Shown in pieces: positions 1-14,171 of a DNA stretch of 64,000 nt. The translations under genes and the position numbers were made by a program. The stretch is from Tubiluchus corallicola (Eukaryota; Animalia; Priapulida), in contig JAQGDQ010000454.1 in assembly GCA_030141605.1 (NCBI GenBank), positions 124,001 through 188,000 on the forward strand. Reading direction: 5' to 3'. Under the pieces are notes generated by a model. The model was not told the DNA's origin, searched no databases, and saw only the letters and a list, made by a program, of their open reading frames with translations. The first letter of the stretch is position 1. Each line of letters begins with the position of its first letter.

Positions 1-1214
1 GTTCTCGCACTTTAAATTTTATTTCCAGGATTCTACACCAGAGGGCTCATCAGTATTGTTTAAAAAAATCTTTTAAGAAAGGTCATAAAGAGCAAATTCT
101 TTACTACCCCATTTTCAAGTCTGATAAAAAAAATATACATTTTAACACAATTAGTACTGCAAAAGCGTTTCTGTTAATTAAATAAATGATTAAAAACTTA
201 ATTAACGGCTAGCGAGAACAACTATTGATAACATCACGAAATGGAGCGTGTTACACGTGTTTGCGAAAGCGAAAATTGAAGTACAGTGCTACTGTAGGCG
301 ATTCAGTGAGTTGTAGTAAAACTAGTCAAGTTTTAAAGATAAAAATTCAAAATTACCGCCGTGCTCACGCATAGCTGTCGAGCGAGTGTACTTTTAACAC
401 AATTAATACTGCAAAAGCATTTCTGATAATTGAATATTAGATTGAAAACTTAATTAACGGTGGGCGAGCCCAACTATTGATGACATCACAAACTGACATA
501 ATTTTCCACAGCAAAATGTTCCACGAGCGTGTTGCACGTGTTTGCGAAAGCGAAAATTGAAGTACAGCGCTACTGTAAGACATTCAGTGTGTTGTACTAA
601 AACTAGGAAAGTTTTAAGATAAAATTCAAATTTCAAATTTACCGCGTAAATGCACGTAACAGCGAAGAACTAACGTAATAATTCTTTTGAAAAAAACCAG
701 TATGCTTCCTTTTAATATTTTAAGGAGTAGATTGTTTTGACCAACAGTTTAAGATTGGGCCCAGTGTTGCTTTAAATACAAGCCTACTATGCAAAAGTCA
801 GGCTCTCGCCCACAATAAATTTTGGAGGCATTTTAACCAAAAAGTTTAATACCTTTGAACATTATGTGACTAACTGCATATTACGTAGGGACCATCAGTT
901 TGTCAAAACGCAACACGGCTTTCTGCAAACTCGGCTGCGTTAACTAAAGGGTTAAGGTTAATAACTTAATATCGTAGTGGTAGCGTGCGTGACATAAACA
1001 TCTCGTAAATGCCGAATTATCAGGAATTTTTATATTCCATCTTAAAATCCTAGAATAAACGGCTGGAAATGTAGCACGCGCCAGGTGCATTGTGGGAAGA
1101 ATGGAATGTGTCACGTGAGAAGCTGTTGCGGCATTCTGTGGCCTCCCAAGCCTGCTAAGAATTTCATTGCCAATTGCCAAATATATCTTTTATTGTCAAG
1201 AATGCTGTTTTTCT

Positions 1215-1725
1215 GAGTCATCATCATTATCATCGTCATCACTCATCACTAGTCATCCATTTTGTAGTCCATCGTTATTACTTTTAGTCTTTGTCGCTCC
1301 GATTAGTTATATATGTTTGCATCTGCAACACCCGTTATTGTCAATACCATTATTATCAATATCAGTGTCATATTACTGTCCTCATTGTCACTGTCATCAT
1401 CATAAACATCATTGTTATCGTTTTCGTCCTTATCACTGTTGTCACAGTTTTTGCCGCTATCAGTGCAATTGTCATTATTATTATTTGCCAACGTCATCTC
1501 CACACCATGATCATTATAATCTTCTTCATTGCCGTTATGATTATTATCATTGTCATTGTCGTCATCATTATCATCACCATCATCGTTTCCATCATCATCA
1601 TCGTCGTCGTCATCGTCGTCATCATCATCATCATTATCTCCAATACTGCTGCCATTGTCATTGCTGCCGTCATTATAGTCGTTATGATCATCATTCTCAT
1701 CACGTGTTTTTTTTCATTATCATCT
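1215..1725. repeat. Degenerate (CAT/TAT/CGT)n trinucleotide tract
   Basis: Direct reading. Confidence 0.85.
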
Positions 1726-4303
1726 TGAAAGCTGTTTGTTATAAAGTTCTTTCTTCCCATCCTGTACTAATTATCTTTTACGAGTTTTCTTCTCTTTCGA
1801 TCTTTCCGTTTTTTTCGCTCAGCGGGTTGTATTTTTCACTTTTGTTCAAGGTCACACTAGGATGCTGAAGCCATTCATAAGCCATTACAGTAATTAGCTA
1901 AAGGAGTAGTGGTAATCCCATAAAGTATAATCCCCACTTCCTGTTTACTCCCTAAAGTATTGCAAACTTCCCCTTTAAGCTACTGAAGATTTAAGTTCTC
2001 TGTTGCATCAATAGTTCTTATGGTAATCAGTGATCAGCATTTTCTGGGTCAAAAATCAGTTAGAATCGATTTAGACATGGCTTAGTACAGCTTCCAGTTT
2101 CACAAGTGTGTTTAGACTAGAGAGAGAAGTTTGCTGCGAGTGACTCTCCGACAAGCTGACACTCACTTCTCTATTCACTGCGACAAGTGTCGAAAGTAAC
2201 TCGCTAAGTAACCCCTCGTGGCATTTACACTAGGTAATAAATCACTATCGGAGAGTTAGTAACTTCTTGCCGACACTACAAATGTTTAGTAATAAGACTT
2301 TTCACAGTTCCAGCGATTGATGATGATCGTGAAAAGGTCAGACGTTAAGTGTACCAGACAACGCATTTGTGTACACTTGATAATGCCTTGCAGCCCAAAC
2401 ACTTTGTACGGCCAGACACATGAATAATTAAGAAAAGTACATTAAGAATAATGTAAAACAACTGAAGTTACTGAACTGACGCGGCAGACGCATTTGCGTT
2501 ACCCACATGTCACGTGGCGGTTGTAGTTAAGACGCGTCGCTGCGGCTCACTTAACCTTTGACCTACAGTAACTGCGCCTGCGCACAACGAAACGGTGAAA
2601 AGGTTTATTCGCAAAGCAGCTCACACTTGCGAGTTTGCAGTCAGAGAGAAACTCGTAACAGAAAACTCGCTAGTGAGAATTAGAAACGAAGTGGTTTAGT
2701 GACCAATCTTTGATTGTGTCTTATTGTGATCTCAGGAGTCACAAGGTGTGCTAATAGTGAAAACGTTTACTAGGAAAGGATATTCCAGCTGTTTTGATGG
2801 AATGTTTACAGTGTATTCATAGTGAATGTGTTTACTGGGAAATGTTAATGCAGTCCTTTTACATGTATTATAATCGCTGAAAATACTCCTGATGAAATCG
2901 TTTATTGCAGGAAGATAATGCTGTTGTTTTTATACGTGTAATCTGTAAATTACATGTACACACTGAAAGCGTTTACTGGAAACAGATAATACAGCGTTGT
3001 GTTTATTATAATCGCTGATGAATAAACTCGTGATGAAAGCGTTTATTGCAGGAAGATAATGCTGTTGTTTTCATACATGTAATCTGTAGCTTACATATGT
3101 AATGTACACACTGAAAGCGTTTACTGGAAACAGATAACACAGCAATTATATAGTGCTTTCGTTTTGTTGTAAACTGACACAGGATAATGCCAGTGTTAAT
3201 GCTCATAGTGAAAGCAGTTACCAGAAAAGGCAAATGCTGTCTTGTTGCACAGATACAATTTGAACTAATTTTTAAATTCTAAGCATTCAAATTTAGTTCT
3301 AGGCGTGATTCAAGTGAATAAACCAATTGACATGACTTGTGAAACCAATCATAATAGTGATCATGAACATGACGACATAGTTATTGGTGTGACTAATCAG
3401 TTTATGGGTTTGAATGAACCGTAGCCTCTTAGCAATTGATAATGCAAATCATTATTAATATAAAGGTTGGCATAATCACTCAAAAATGCACTTGTGGAGG
3501 GCTACTATAAGGTTTGTAAAGTACAGAAACGTAATTAGAGTTCGAAATAGTTAAAGCAATACGGGCCCAATCTTAAGCTGTAGGTCAAAACAATTTGCTC
3601 TTTAAATTATTGAAAAAACCTATTGTTTTTTCTAAAATGACTTACGTGAAAGAATTATTACCGCACAAACACAGTTTCGCGTTTATATCTCTAGTTCTTC
3701 GCTGTTACATTCATTTTGCCATTCACTAGTTAGACGGGCAATAGCTCCTGCATATCGGAAATGCATTGCACAACAAACAGGTGCTGTACCTCTCAGTTCA
3801 GATGTGTTAGTTTCTGACGAACTACACACGTTCGACAGCTCATGCGTGACCACAGCGGTAAATTTGAAATTTGAATTTTTATCTTAAACGTTCCTAGTTT
3901 TAGTACAACACACTGAATATCTTAAAGTAGCACAGTACTTCAATTTTCTCTTTTGCAAACACGTGCAACACGCGTATGGAATTTTTTGCTGTGGAAAATA
4001 ATGTTAGTTTGTGATGTCATCACTAGTTGGGCTCACCCCTCAGAATTTTTAATCTATAATTTAATTATCAGAAACGCTTTTGCAGTAATAACTGTGTTAA
4101 AATGCATACTTTTATCAGACTTGAAAAGGGTAGTATATGAAAAGTCATCCTGTCTTCCTTTAAAAATTGAACGAAGAGTTAGAACTGACACTTTCAGACA
4201 CAATGGTAAAAATGACTTACTAACTGCGTATGGAGATCCTGTCCATGTTGTGGCATATGAATATTTATGTACTTTAGTTCTTATACTGATCGTTCTCTTG
4301 CAG

Positions 4304-4449
4304 AAGCGATGCCCTAGAAGTTGGGGATAGGATTCTCTCCGTGAATGGCATTCGGACAGGAAGTCTCAAACATGACGAAGTCATCAATTTATTAAAGAAT
4401 GCCGGACAAAAAGTCACAGTGGAGGTGGAATATGAGATTCCACAATCTC
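4304..4449 (+). CDS. GRIP1: GRIP-like gene, first coding exon in window (C-terminal half of PDZ1); the 5' exons appear to lie upstream of the window
   Basis: ttgcag|A...C|gtaag. Translates (R)SDALEVGDRILSVNGIRTGSLKHDEVINLLKNAGQKVTVEVEYEIPQS, which matches GRIP PDZ1. Phase fits the next exon. Confidence 0.9.
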
Positions 4450-5261
4450 GTAAGTTTTCATGGTTTTTGTATATGTATGTAAGCTTTCTTTATTTTAAGT
4501 GGATTGACATAGAGTAATATTACTGATCGGAGTTTTTCCTCTGTGCAACAAATATATTTTAGTTGAGAAAGATATATACAACTGGTTATCAAGAATACAG
4601 TTACATAGATGGTTAGTTCAAAAACACATGTAGTTCATTAGTAACACTTAAAATTGAAATATACAAAGCTCACAGAATAAAGATGTGATACCAGAAACAA
4701 TTATCAATGTAGATCAGCTTATTAATTTATACAAAAGTATGATTGCTGAATAACTGATGTTTAATTGCAAAAGTTTAAAATTAAAAATAGTTCAGGTTAC
4801 AATTCAATATACAATTACACATTCAGTCAATTAGCAAAACGTTTAGTAGACTTTACGTAGTTCTGCAACAATTTGAAGAGAATGTCACTGGATGGATGAC
4901 CTGATCTGAGTTTATGACAAATGTCGTTGTAAATACATAGGTCTAGGGTTTTTGTATATGAAACTGCACTGTACGTTTAACAGGGCAGACGTAGTTTCCT
5001 GATTCCTGATGACATTGAGACCACTTGATGATATCTTATTATGGACAGTCATTTCAAAATGGTCAAATTAGGATACAATTACATGATTGTACAATCAACA
5101 GACTGAAGATTTCTATAAAAAGGGCTAATTTTTTCTGTTTTGAATATATTTTCTCGATGCTAATAGGATGCTTGTTTTAATATGCAGCCCAAAGATATGA
5201 CATACATACAAATTAACTAAACTACTGAGCTGAGTTGAGCTTTGAGCCACGAGCAACGATG

Positions 5262-5313
5262 CATTATTATTATTGTTGTTGTTATTGCTGTTGTTGTTGT
5301 AGTTATCATTATA

Positions 5314-5406
<93 letters not shown>

Positions 5407-5410
5407 GCTA
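5262..5410. repeat. (ATT)n microsatellite; others at 22316-22399 (TTA)n and 9546-9605 (TGTC)n
   Basis: Direct reading. Confidence 0.95.
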
Positions 5411-5483
5411 TTATTTTATTGCTTTTATAGTTAAAAACAGCACAACTTTATTAAAACTTTAAAGTTAAAAAGTTAAAATCATG

Positions 5484-5522
5484 CCAAACGTTTCAACAAG
5501 CTGCTGGTGTCATCATCAGTGG
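5484..5522 (-). ncRNA. Minimal type I hammerhead ribozyme motif (Penelope-like LTR relic)
   Basis: On -: CCA-CTGATGA-T-GACA(loop)TGTT-GAAAC-GTT-TGG. Stem I CCA/TGG, stem II GACA/TGTT, palindromic ACGT stem III. Confidence 0.6.
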
Positions 5523-5667
5523 TAAATTTGCAAATATACAACCAGTTTATATAGGCTTAGCTTATATAGTAAGCATCATGAGGTTGTCAGGTTGCACCAG
5601 CAGTGCCATCTATAGCCAGTCTGGTTGCATTGTAAAAATGCTTTAAATTCAATATTTTTTATTTTAG

Positions 5668-5830
5668 CCGGAGAAGTATCGCCTTGCGTTTGTGCAAAAA
5701 CTGTTGAAGTTCGGCTTTACAAACAAGATGGCAGTTTTGGATTTACTCTAAGAGGTGGCGGTTGTGCTGATCGTCTGAAGTCTCGACCGCTGACTGTGAC
5801 AAGCATCCGTCCTGGTAGCCCAGCCCATAG
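5668..5830 (+). CDS. GRIP1: GRIP exon (PDZ2 N-half)
   Basis: ttttag|...AG|gtaacc; KTVEVRLYKQDGSFGFTLRGG...KSRPLTVTSIRPGSPAHR. Confidence 0.92.
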
Positions 5831-7067
5831 GTAACCTTTGCTATAATAGTTGCTATGGGTTTTCATTTCAAGTTGTTTACTACATCACTTGAAAGGTGCT
5901 AATTGTCATTTCAAAGTGTAAGCTATCACTTATAATGGAATAAGTTGAAGCTGGTTCCAGACTTCTTGTTTCTATGATTATTAGGGGTGAGTGTCAAACG
6001 TTTGAATTCGATTCGAACCTAAAGCTATAGATTCGAATAATTCAGCACTTCAATCACATAAGTTCTTTATTATTAAAACGTTTGAAACATCATGCAATTA
6101 GCATAATTTAGCTGTGATTTCTGTGCAAAATTTTAAACAAAATATTAGTGGTTTTACTACAGGACAAAATCGGGTAATATGCACGATCTTTGTAAGCCCA
6201 AGTTTTACTGGTGGTTTCAAAATGTGTTCAAAAATCTTTCGAACAAACAAACAAATAGAATACAATCTTATGATTGTTATGCGGATAAATAAATAATAAA
6301 TTAACTAAATATTTACACCTTTGAAATTAGTAAAAATGCTGTAATACAAAAGTATATTTGTTATTTAATAAGAGCTTCTTGCACCTGGTACATGTCATCG
6401 TCAAGTTACGGTCCGACCAAAACTTAATTAATTAATTATGCAAAACTAATAATAACTCATATTTCCTTCTCCTTTTCAATGGGGCACATCACTTGAACGT
6501 ATGAGTCCAGCTTGTCTCCAAGTCACGTTACAACCAATATGCTGTTTCACAGTTCCAGTGATTGATGTTGATCGTGAAAATGTCAAAGGATAAGTTTACC
6601 AGACGACACATTTGTGTACACCTGACAATGCCTCGCAGCCCAAGCTATTGTAATAGAAAACAGTTTTAACAGCTAGCTAGACCTTACCTAGTTCATTTTT
6701 TCTTGTTCCCAAGCAAGATCCTGCTAATGAATCACTCTATGCCGAGACTAATGCATAATTAAGTAAAGTCCACGTAAAACAACTGAAGTTACTGAGCTGA
6801 TGTGACAGATGGTTTTGCTTTACCTGCATGTCTCGCGACAGTTGTAGTTAAGCTGTGGTGCTTTGATACAGTTAACTTTTGACCTACAGCAACAGCGCGT
6901 ACACACAACGAAACTGTGAAAAGGCTTATTTGCGGGAAACGAATTTCGTCGTAATTTGACGGCTACCTATAATGTGCATTACGCTCATATTAAGATCATT
7001 TTTTAATCTCAACATCTATAGCTGTATCACTACGTGGCAATCTAATTAATGTTAATGTGATTTTCAG

Positions 7068-7213
7068 AGAAGGCACATTGAAAGCTGGAGACAGACTCCT
7101 CGCAATAAACTCCGTGAATCTCGCACATGCAACTCATTCAGAAGCAATACGATTGTTACGGGAATGTCCCAATGAGGCGACGTTGATCATCGAATACGAC
7201 GTTTCCATAATGG
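7068..7213 (+). CDS. GRIP1: GRIP exon (PDZ2 C-half)
   Basis: tttcag|...G|gtaag; EGTLKAGDRLLAINSVNL...LIIEYDVSIM. Confidence 0.92.
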
Positions 7214-9255
7214 GTAAGAACTGGTGGCTCGTAGCTAAAGTTAGTGGGGGCTGTGCTTCCTCAGAAAATTTTTAGCTATTGTTTTAAAACTGTGTAAAAC
7301 GAAACAAACATGTGTAATTTTAATGTTATAATTGTAATTTAAAACAAATAAACATATAAAAGTTTCTACGTAAATTCGAAAAAATCCTGAATAAAAAAGA
7401 AATGTTTTTTGCTTTTTAACAGCAAAAATTGTCACAGTTTAAGCTTGATCCATTCACAGTAAGCATGTGACAACTGACAACAAATTGTGTAAGCGACAGT
7501 ACTTTCTCTATCTGAGCTCAGACATGTGCACAGGGCCGCATGCGTACAACAGCCAAACACCTCATTGCTGGAGCTGTGAGCGCACTGTGCTGGGCAGTGA
7601 AGCAAACAGTACTACACTCACCTGCTCTGGTCCTGTGCAAGTATAAAGAGGGAATTAAAGAAAGAAGAATCATTATGTTGAATATTATCGATAATATTGA
7701 GTGAAAGTTAGGGAGTGTTGCAGTTCAGCAGTATCTATACACAAGTTGCCACTCGAACTGGGTTTTATAAAAGATTGATTTTTTTTTACTAAAGTTCACT
7801 TTCAAAATGCTGTATGAAAGATTGGTACCCAGTGACTACCAGAGATGTACTACCAATATGCTAACAAGAGCCCCGCCTTCATCAATAAAACTCTAAGTCA
7901 ATAATTACATTAGCTTTTGTATTAATTTAACTTTATTTGGTCATTTGTGGGGCCGTGAGTGGACAGTAGCTACTGTGCCTAGCTGTGCATGTTTTGATCT
8001 GGACTCTAGATAAACACTATCAAAAAGCTTTCAGAGAATTACTTTACATTTTTGTGTCTGGATCAGCAGAATAATACAACCAGACTTCGTTATAACGCCC
8101 CCCCCCCCCCATTATAATGCAACCATTTTGGCACAACACAACGTCTATAATTGCATAGACATGTATGCATTAAGCACCTCGCTGTAATGGCAAACTCGCT
8201 TAATGCCAACTCTTTAAAAACAGTTGAGAACAAGGCTGTGTTTGCATATTTGTAGCTTCCTCTGTATCAGCCAAGCATGGCATCAAACGTGAACTTGTAC
8301 TGCCAGCTGCGTGTGTTCCCACTCTGAGAATCAAGCAGTGTTCTTAACTCAGTTACGTTTAATCTTCAGCTTCAGTCAAAGTTCTGTAAGACTGCAGTCA
8401 ATATTGATGGTGGAATTAGATCGGAAAGCTGTGCGATGACGATGACATTTCAGGATGTCCAGTAATGCTGATGCAATGCAGAAGTGGTTGTTAATGAATA
8501 ACTTTGGTTATTGATTCCTGCCATGTTGAAAAAGATGCCACTGGAAATCAAAGTTAAATGTGTGCTTGCAAACCAAAACTGTCCGTAAGTCAGCAAAGCT
8601 AAAACCACGTTACGATGCTTCAAAGTAAAGTGCACCAAAAATTTGGTCAAATGTCGATTTTTTATTTTTTATGAAAACAAATGCTAAATGTATTGGACTT
8701 TTATATTCTAACATCAAATTATCAAGAAAATACTCAAAAATAATCTAATTTTATAACCCCGTACCCACTTTTCTGGCTAGAAACTAGTACTGCAATTGTA
8801 AAACTCTGTATTTTGTAACTCTGATTGTAATTCATGGAAGCAGTCATTTTGCTTTGGGTTTTTTCTATTGCAACGCCCAGTTCTTCGTCAGGAAGCTACT
8901 ACTGGATTTAAACATAGAGCAATGAGATTGGTATCAAAATGATCCTCATGAAAGGGCAGGATTTGTGAATAACTAGAAAACGTTAATTGCTGACTTATGG
9001 ATGATTTTGCTATGCAAGCACACATATGACGATTGAGGCCAATGATAAATGAAAGGCAGAATGACTAGTTCCATCAACTTTCAAACAAAGAACCTAATGC
9101 CAACTTATGGACGATTTTACTATGCAAGCCCACAAGTATTAAAATTTTCCACGGTGACATCTTTTTGTGAAAGATTGATCTTTCTTTCCTGTCTTTGTTA
9201 ACTTTTATTCCTTTTCTGATCACATTGTTTGATATTTTTTCTGTGATTTTTGCAG

Positions 9256-9403
9256 AAGCTGTGCAGAACGCAACCGGTCCGTTACTCGTAGAAGTCGACA
9301 AGTTACCAGGGGCAAGTTTAGGATTGTCTTTAGCGACCTCCACATACAAGGAGAAGAACATTATTGTTATCGACAGTGTCAAAGCTGCTAGCATTGCTGA
9401 CAG
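9256..9403 (+). CDS. GRIP1: GRIP exon (PDZ3 N-half)
   Basis: tgcag|...AG|gtgtgt; [25 protein letters not shown]...[14 protein letters not shown]. Confidence 0.92.
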
Positions 9404-9546
9404 GTGTGTGCTAGATTGTATACATATTGATCTTCTTTGTCAATACGTCTGAAGAGAGGATTTATAGATTCATTACATCTAATAGAAATCTTTATTACGT
9501 CTTCACTGAAGACTAGTTTGGCATGGTTAGAACACCCTACTCAGCC

Positions 9547-9605
<59 letters not shown>

Positions 9606-10029
9606 ATCTCTGTTTGCTTATCTGCCTGACCAGGAAGCACAGTAAAGGTGTTTAATCCCTTGAAAGTTTTTGACTTCCATTGAATGTGGGCCTAGAAGGT
9701 CAAAGGTCAAGGTCAGGATGAGTGAGACAAAGTACATGCTATAAAGGACACGGGGAACTAAATTATATTGTCGTGTCAAATGCATTTTGGTATTTTGGGG
9801 CTTAAAAATTTCAACTGCAGAAGAGCGTGTTTACATACACTGTTGACAAGCCCTTGAGATATTGAAATAAAACTGACTACAAGCATGGCTTTGTACAATT
9901 GTGTAATCTTATATAACTTACAAGCATCCTGTTAAATGATATAACCAAGTACGAGGCAGAGCTTTGGGAGGGGCAAAATATCCAAGCATAAATCCCTTGT
10001 TTCTCTCAGAATACTAAACTGTTAACAAA

Positions 10030-10557
10030 TACACTCATATCTCAGTTTGCCGGGAGAAAAGCGGGGAGACGTCGGTCCAATTTTTGTGATTGTCATATTT
10101 ATCGATACTAAGCTAATACAGTAAGCGCCGTGTATTAGACTCATGGTAATGTAGAATCAGTTGCCTAATTGTCTCTAATACGGGCCACTCATAAGCAAAA
10201 TTATATAAAAACTGTCGGCAACTGAGTCAAATAACTCCGCATAATTGACCGTATATTTTTTCTGCACATGTTTAAATAAGATACTTTTATGTGACCAATG
10301 AGCTTTTACTATTTTTATGTCGGCTTACTTCACTTTTGTGCACTATAATATACATACATGCTCTCAAGCAGGTCATTACATGCTGCTTAGTTACACTGAT
10401 TTAATGATGTAAACAAAGTGATGACCCGCCAACTAGTGGTCCCCTTGCAAAACAACGGAATGTGTCCGTACTATGCAAGACTTTTCACGTTCCAGATTTT
10501 GTCTGATTCGTCCGATATCTGTAAAAGCGAGGTCCGGCAAACCGAGATATGAGTGTA
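10030..10557. mobile_element. MITE with ~24-bp TIRs (TACACTCATATCTCGGTTTGCCGG); another copy (about 57905-63548) hosts the LTR element
   Basis: Inverted termini. The internal sequence gtagaatca-gttg-cctaattgtctc is the empty site of the LTR insertion. Confidence 0.75.
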
Positions 10558-11276
10558 CTGAACTTGCAGCGGATTACTACCTGCACAATAAACAGTTTAA
10601 ACATCACAGTGTTATAAAATACTGTAATTTGAGTAACACTGTCATTGTAAACCATTGTAAACTGTCTCTTTTTAATTTTCTATGTAGCTTGTCTTGTGTC
10701 TCCATTATAAAAGAATATTTTGTCCCATTATCAGTGTTAGCTAGAAAACCATTTAGGACAAAGTCATAAACTGAAGATTCTGCAATATGTTCTGCAAGCA
10801 TGTTGTAATGTAGTGTAATGTAATGTTGTGTTATGTAATGTAGTATAATATAGTGTGGTGTAATGTAATGTAGTGTAGTTTGAAATTGCAACTTGTGACA
10901 TTTTGACCTATGCTATGCTATGCTAAGCTAAGCTTGATTTTCCTGGAAATAAACTATTCATATCATATTGATATGCTAACTGTATCTATATTAAAATTAT
11001 ATAAATATGTTATTTGTTATGTGTGTTTTTTGGCTATAGTGTAATATCTCTGTTTTGTACTTTTGTATTTTGTTGTATGTGCGTCACTGTTGTGTAATGT
11101 ATATGCCAATAGTAAATCATATAATCTAATTTATTTACAAAGGAGTTAAAGTGGAAATTAGAATTTAAACTAAAGTGTGTTAATGCAACAGATTATGCAC
11201 ACGAGGAAAGACTATCAGTGCACCAGCTAGAAGTCCTGTTAAAGTCGATCTAAATCTTATTATTGATTTTTCGCAG

Positions 11277-11458
11277 ATGTGGCGCTTTGCACGTTGGCGA
11301 CCAAATCCTGTCAATAGATGGGGTTAGTACGGAGAATCTGCCTCTCTCCGAGAGTGCCCGTTTACTCCACACGAATTCTTCGGATCAGATCAAGCTGGAA
11401 ATCCTCCCGCTTAGTCATTTAAAAGCTCGGAGTACGCCGATGTCCAATCACAGACAGT
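11277..11458 (+). CDS. GRIP1: GRIP exon (PDZ3 C-half)
   Basis: cgcag|...T|gtaagt; [15 protein letters not shown]...IKLEILP. Confidence 0.92.
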
Positions 11459-11622
11459 GTAAGTGGTGAAGTTTTGCCAGGGGCATTTCAAGACTTTACG
11501 ACGCCCTAGGCTGATAGTGCTGTCTTCTGTTGTGAATTTATGGTTGCTTATGTAGTGAGCATTTTAAACAATTGTGGTTATTAGAAGCACTATTAACCTA
11601 GTTTCTATGCAGCCATTATTAA

Positions 11623-12153
11623 AGGAAAGGTCAAGCCTTCTGAAAGGTTAAGCTTAATTCAATGTTCATAAAAAGTGTTAAAAGGATTTACTAATAAAAC
11701 TGCAAAAAGCGCCTTGTGTAATTAATAAAATCACTTTAAAGTCGCAATTACTTCATGCTTGGGTGCTCCCACTTTCAATACTCGTTCTTCTTCCAATGAC
11801 GTAATTCATCTTGAAGAAAAGTAGCGCACAGTCAATCTTCATCAAAAGCATAAGAAGTTTTTGCAAAAAAATTAGATAGCTAATTTTGTAATATTTTTGC
11901 ATGCACATTAGGTAAGCTGAAGAAGTTTGAATTAGTTTAAGCAGCGCGCTTACGAAAAGTTACGACATCTCTCAGTTACATCATGATTTTCAAGTGAATG
12001 GCGGCAACCACAACGCCTGAAAATTTCATTTCAGAGATAGTGCATTTTAAATGTATGCTTTATAGGCCTGTTCTTTGCAAATTTCTTTGTTTTTCTAAAT
12101 TTAAATGATAACTGTAAAATAAACCCAACATACTGAGTGACTTGTTATTTCCT
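11623..12153. mobile_element. TTAA-flanked element nested in a family C MITE
   Basis: TTAA|AGGAAA...TTTCCT|TTAA; absent from the other family C copies. Confidence 0.75.
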
Positions 12154-12673
12154 TTAATTACATGTATTTGCATAGTGCTTATATTCAAGTAGACTGCACA
12201 AGTGCTTGTTGTGTAATATCTTGCACCTGTTCATTATGTGGCATTTATCTAAAAGCTGCTGTCAGTAACTGCTTGTGGTGTGTTATAAAATGCGCCCTTT
12301 ACATGAATATGAAAGTGTACACATTTTCTGAGGACAATGAGATTTTTTTAAAAATGTGACGCCCTCAAACTTTGGCGCCCTAGGCTATAGCCTAGCTAGC
12401 AGCCTATTGGTTAATACGCCCTGAGTTTTGCTTTAGTGAGACCCTGGCATGGTATTCTGGCTGCCAGATTTCACAGTTGTTCCAAAATAGCCGTTTATCG
12501 TGTACAGGGTTTTTTATTGGCCTAGTGTCCTAGAACAATCTGATCTGTGTCTAAATAGACGTCAATATAAAATTCCTTGGTTAAAAAGTTCGAATTTTCT
12601 TACAACGTTAAATTGTTCTTCAATTTGTCACAAGAGAAATTTGCATTTGTTACGTTTTCTGTGAATTTGACAG

Positions 12674-12805
12674 ATGTGGCAGCACCGTCTGTGCCGGGTT
12701 CAGTCAGTTGCCGCAGCTACAGTAGCATGAATTCGTACGGAGCGTATCGACGACGGAAACGGCGAGAAAGAGAGAAAAATCGTCTGATGGTCTGGAGCAG
12801 CAGAT
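12674..12805 (+). CDS. GRIP1: GRIP exon (PDZ3-PDZ4 linker, phase 1-1, basic RRRKRR motif)
   Basis: gacag|...T|gtgag; 132 nt, frame-preserving; VAAPSVPGSVSCRSYSSMNSYGAYRRRKRREREK. Confidence 0.75.
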
Positions 12806-12848
12806 GTGAGTTGCTGTCAAGTTATTACTATCTATTACTTTTATTGTC

Positions 12849-12850
<2 letters not shown>

Positions 12851-12929
<79 letters not shown>

Positions 12930-13660
12930 TACTATTACTATTACTATTACTATCACTATCACTATCACTATCACTATTCCATTACCATTGCATATTATTA
13001 GTAATATTGCTATATTTTTTCCATTACTATTATTAAAGCTATTACTGTTACTATAACTATTGCTATTACTATTACTATTACTATTACCATTACCATTAAT
13101 ATTACCATGGCCATTACTGTTACTATTACTGTTACCATTACCATTACTATTAGTATTACCATTACTGTTACTATTATTATTAGCATTACTATTATTATTA
13201 CTATTACTAATACCATTACTATTACCATTACCATTACCATTACCATTACCATTACCATTACCATTACCATTACCATTACCATTACCATTACCATTACCAT
13301 TACTATTACTACTGCCATTAATATTACTATTACTATTACCATTACAATTACTATTACTATTACCATTGCAATTACTATTACTATTGTCATTACTATTACT
13401 ATTACTATTACTATTACTATTACTATTACTATTACTATTACTATTACTATTACTATTACTATTACTATTACTATTACTATTACTATTACTATTACTATTA
13501 CTATTACTATTACTATTACTATTACTATTACTATTACTATTACTATTACTATTACTATTACTATTACTATTACTATTACTATTACTATTACTATTACTAT
13601 TACCATTACTATTACTACTATTGCTGCTGCTGCTGCTACTGCTGCTGCTGCTACTACTGC
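12851..13660. repeat. Compound microsatellite (ATT)n/(ATTACT)n/(ATTACC)n/(GCT)n
   Basis: Direct reading; it produces the spurious low-complexity ORFs here. Confidence 0.95.
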
Positions 13661-13981
13661 TACGATCTAATTCTTTTGTCCACAAGAAAAACATGCTGGA
13701 AGAGTTTATTAAAATAAGATGGATCTATGGATGGGTCTTCAAAGCGTTGCTTCCAAAGCCATCATTTTAATGTAACTCTAACTCTGAGTTTTTGAGTTTT
13801 TCTGTACCTCACAATTTGTGTTTTAAAACAGTATTGCATTAAGCATAATTTAAATCTGACAGTAGGAAACAGAAAAAATATAAATTGGTGTAAAATTTAA
13901 AGTTTATAGAAAATCTACGGTAGTTAAAAATTTCAATTTGTAATATGACTCCGCGTTTTATTTAAACGTTTTCATTTTTAG

Positions 13982-14171
13982 CATCCATAGCATCGTGTAT
14001 GACGGGTGTTGTTCCCTGTTCACAAGTCTGCCACGCGGAGACAACAGAAGTGGTTATTTATGCCGACCACAAAGGATTTGGCTTCAGCTTACAAAGTGGA
14101 ACTTTTTCGACTGATCACCTCCCTACTCCCCCAGTCATTGGTTCAGTGGAAACTGGTGGCCCATCTGAAAA
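13982..14171 (+). CDS. GRIP1: GRIP exon (PDZ4 N-half)
   Basis: tttag|...AA|gtgag; QVCHAETTEVVIYADHKGFGFSLQSGTFSTDHLPTPPVI. This frame is not the one in the ORF track. Confidence 0.9.

Noticed and set aside
1167-1868. His/Cys-rich and Ile/Val-rich ORFs
   Set aside because: Translations of a degenerate trinucleotide repeat that is open in several frames; no splice or domain support.
12806-13770. Poly-L, poly-IT, poly-NS and poly-VI ORFs
   Set aside because: Compound microsatellite inside a GRIP intron.
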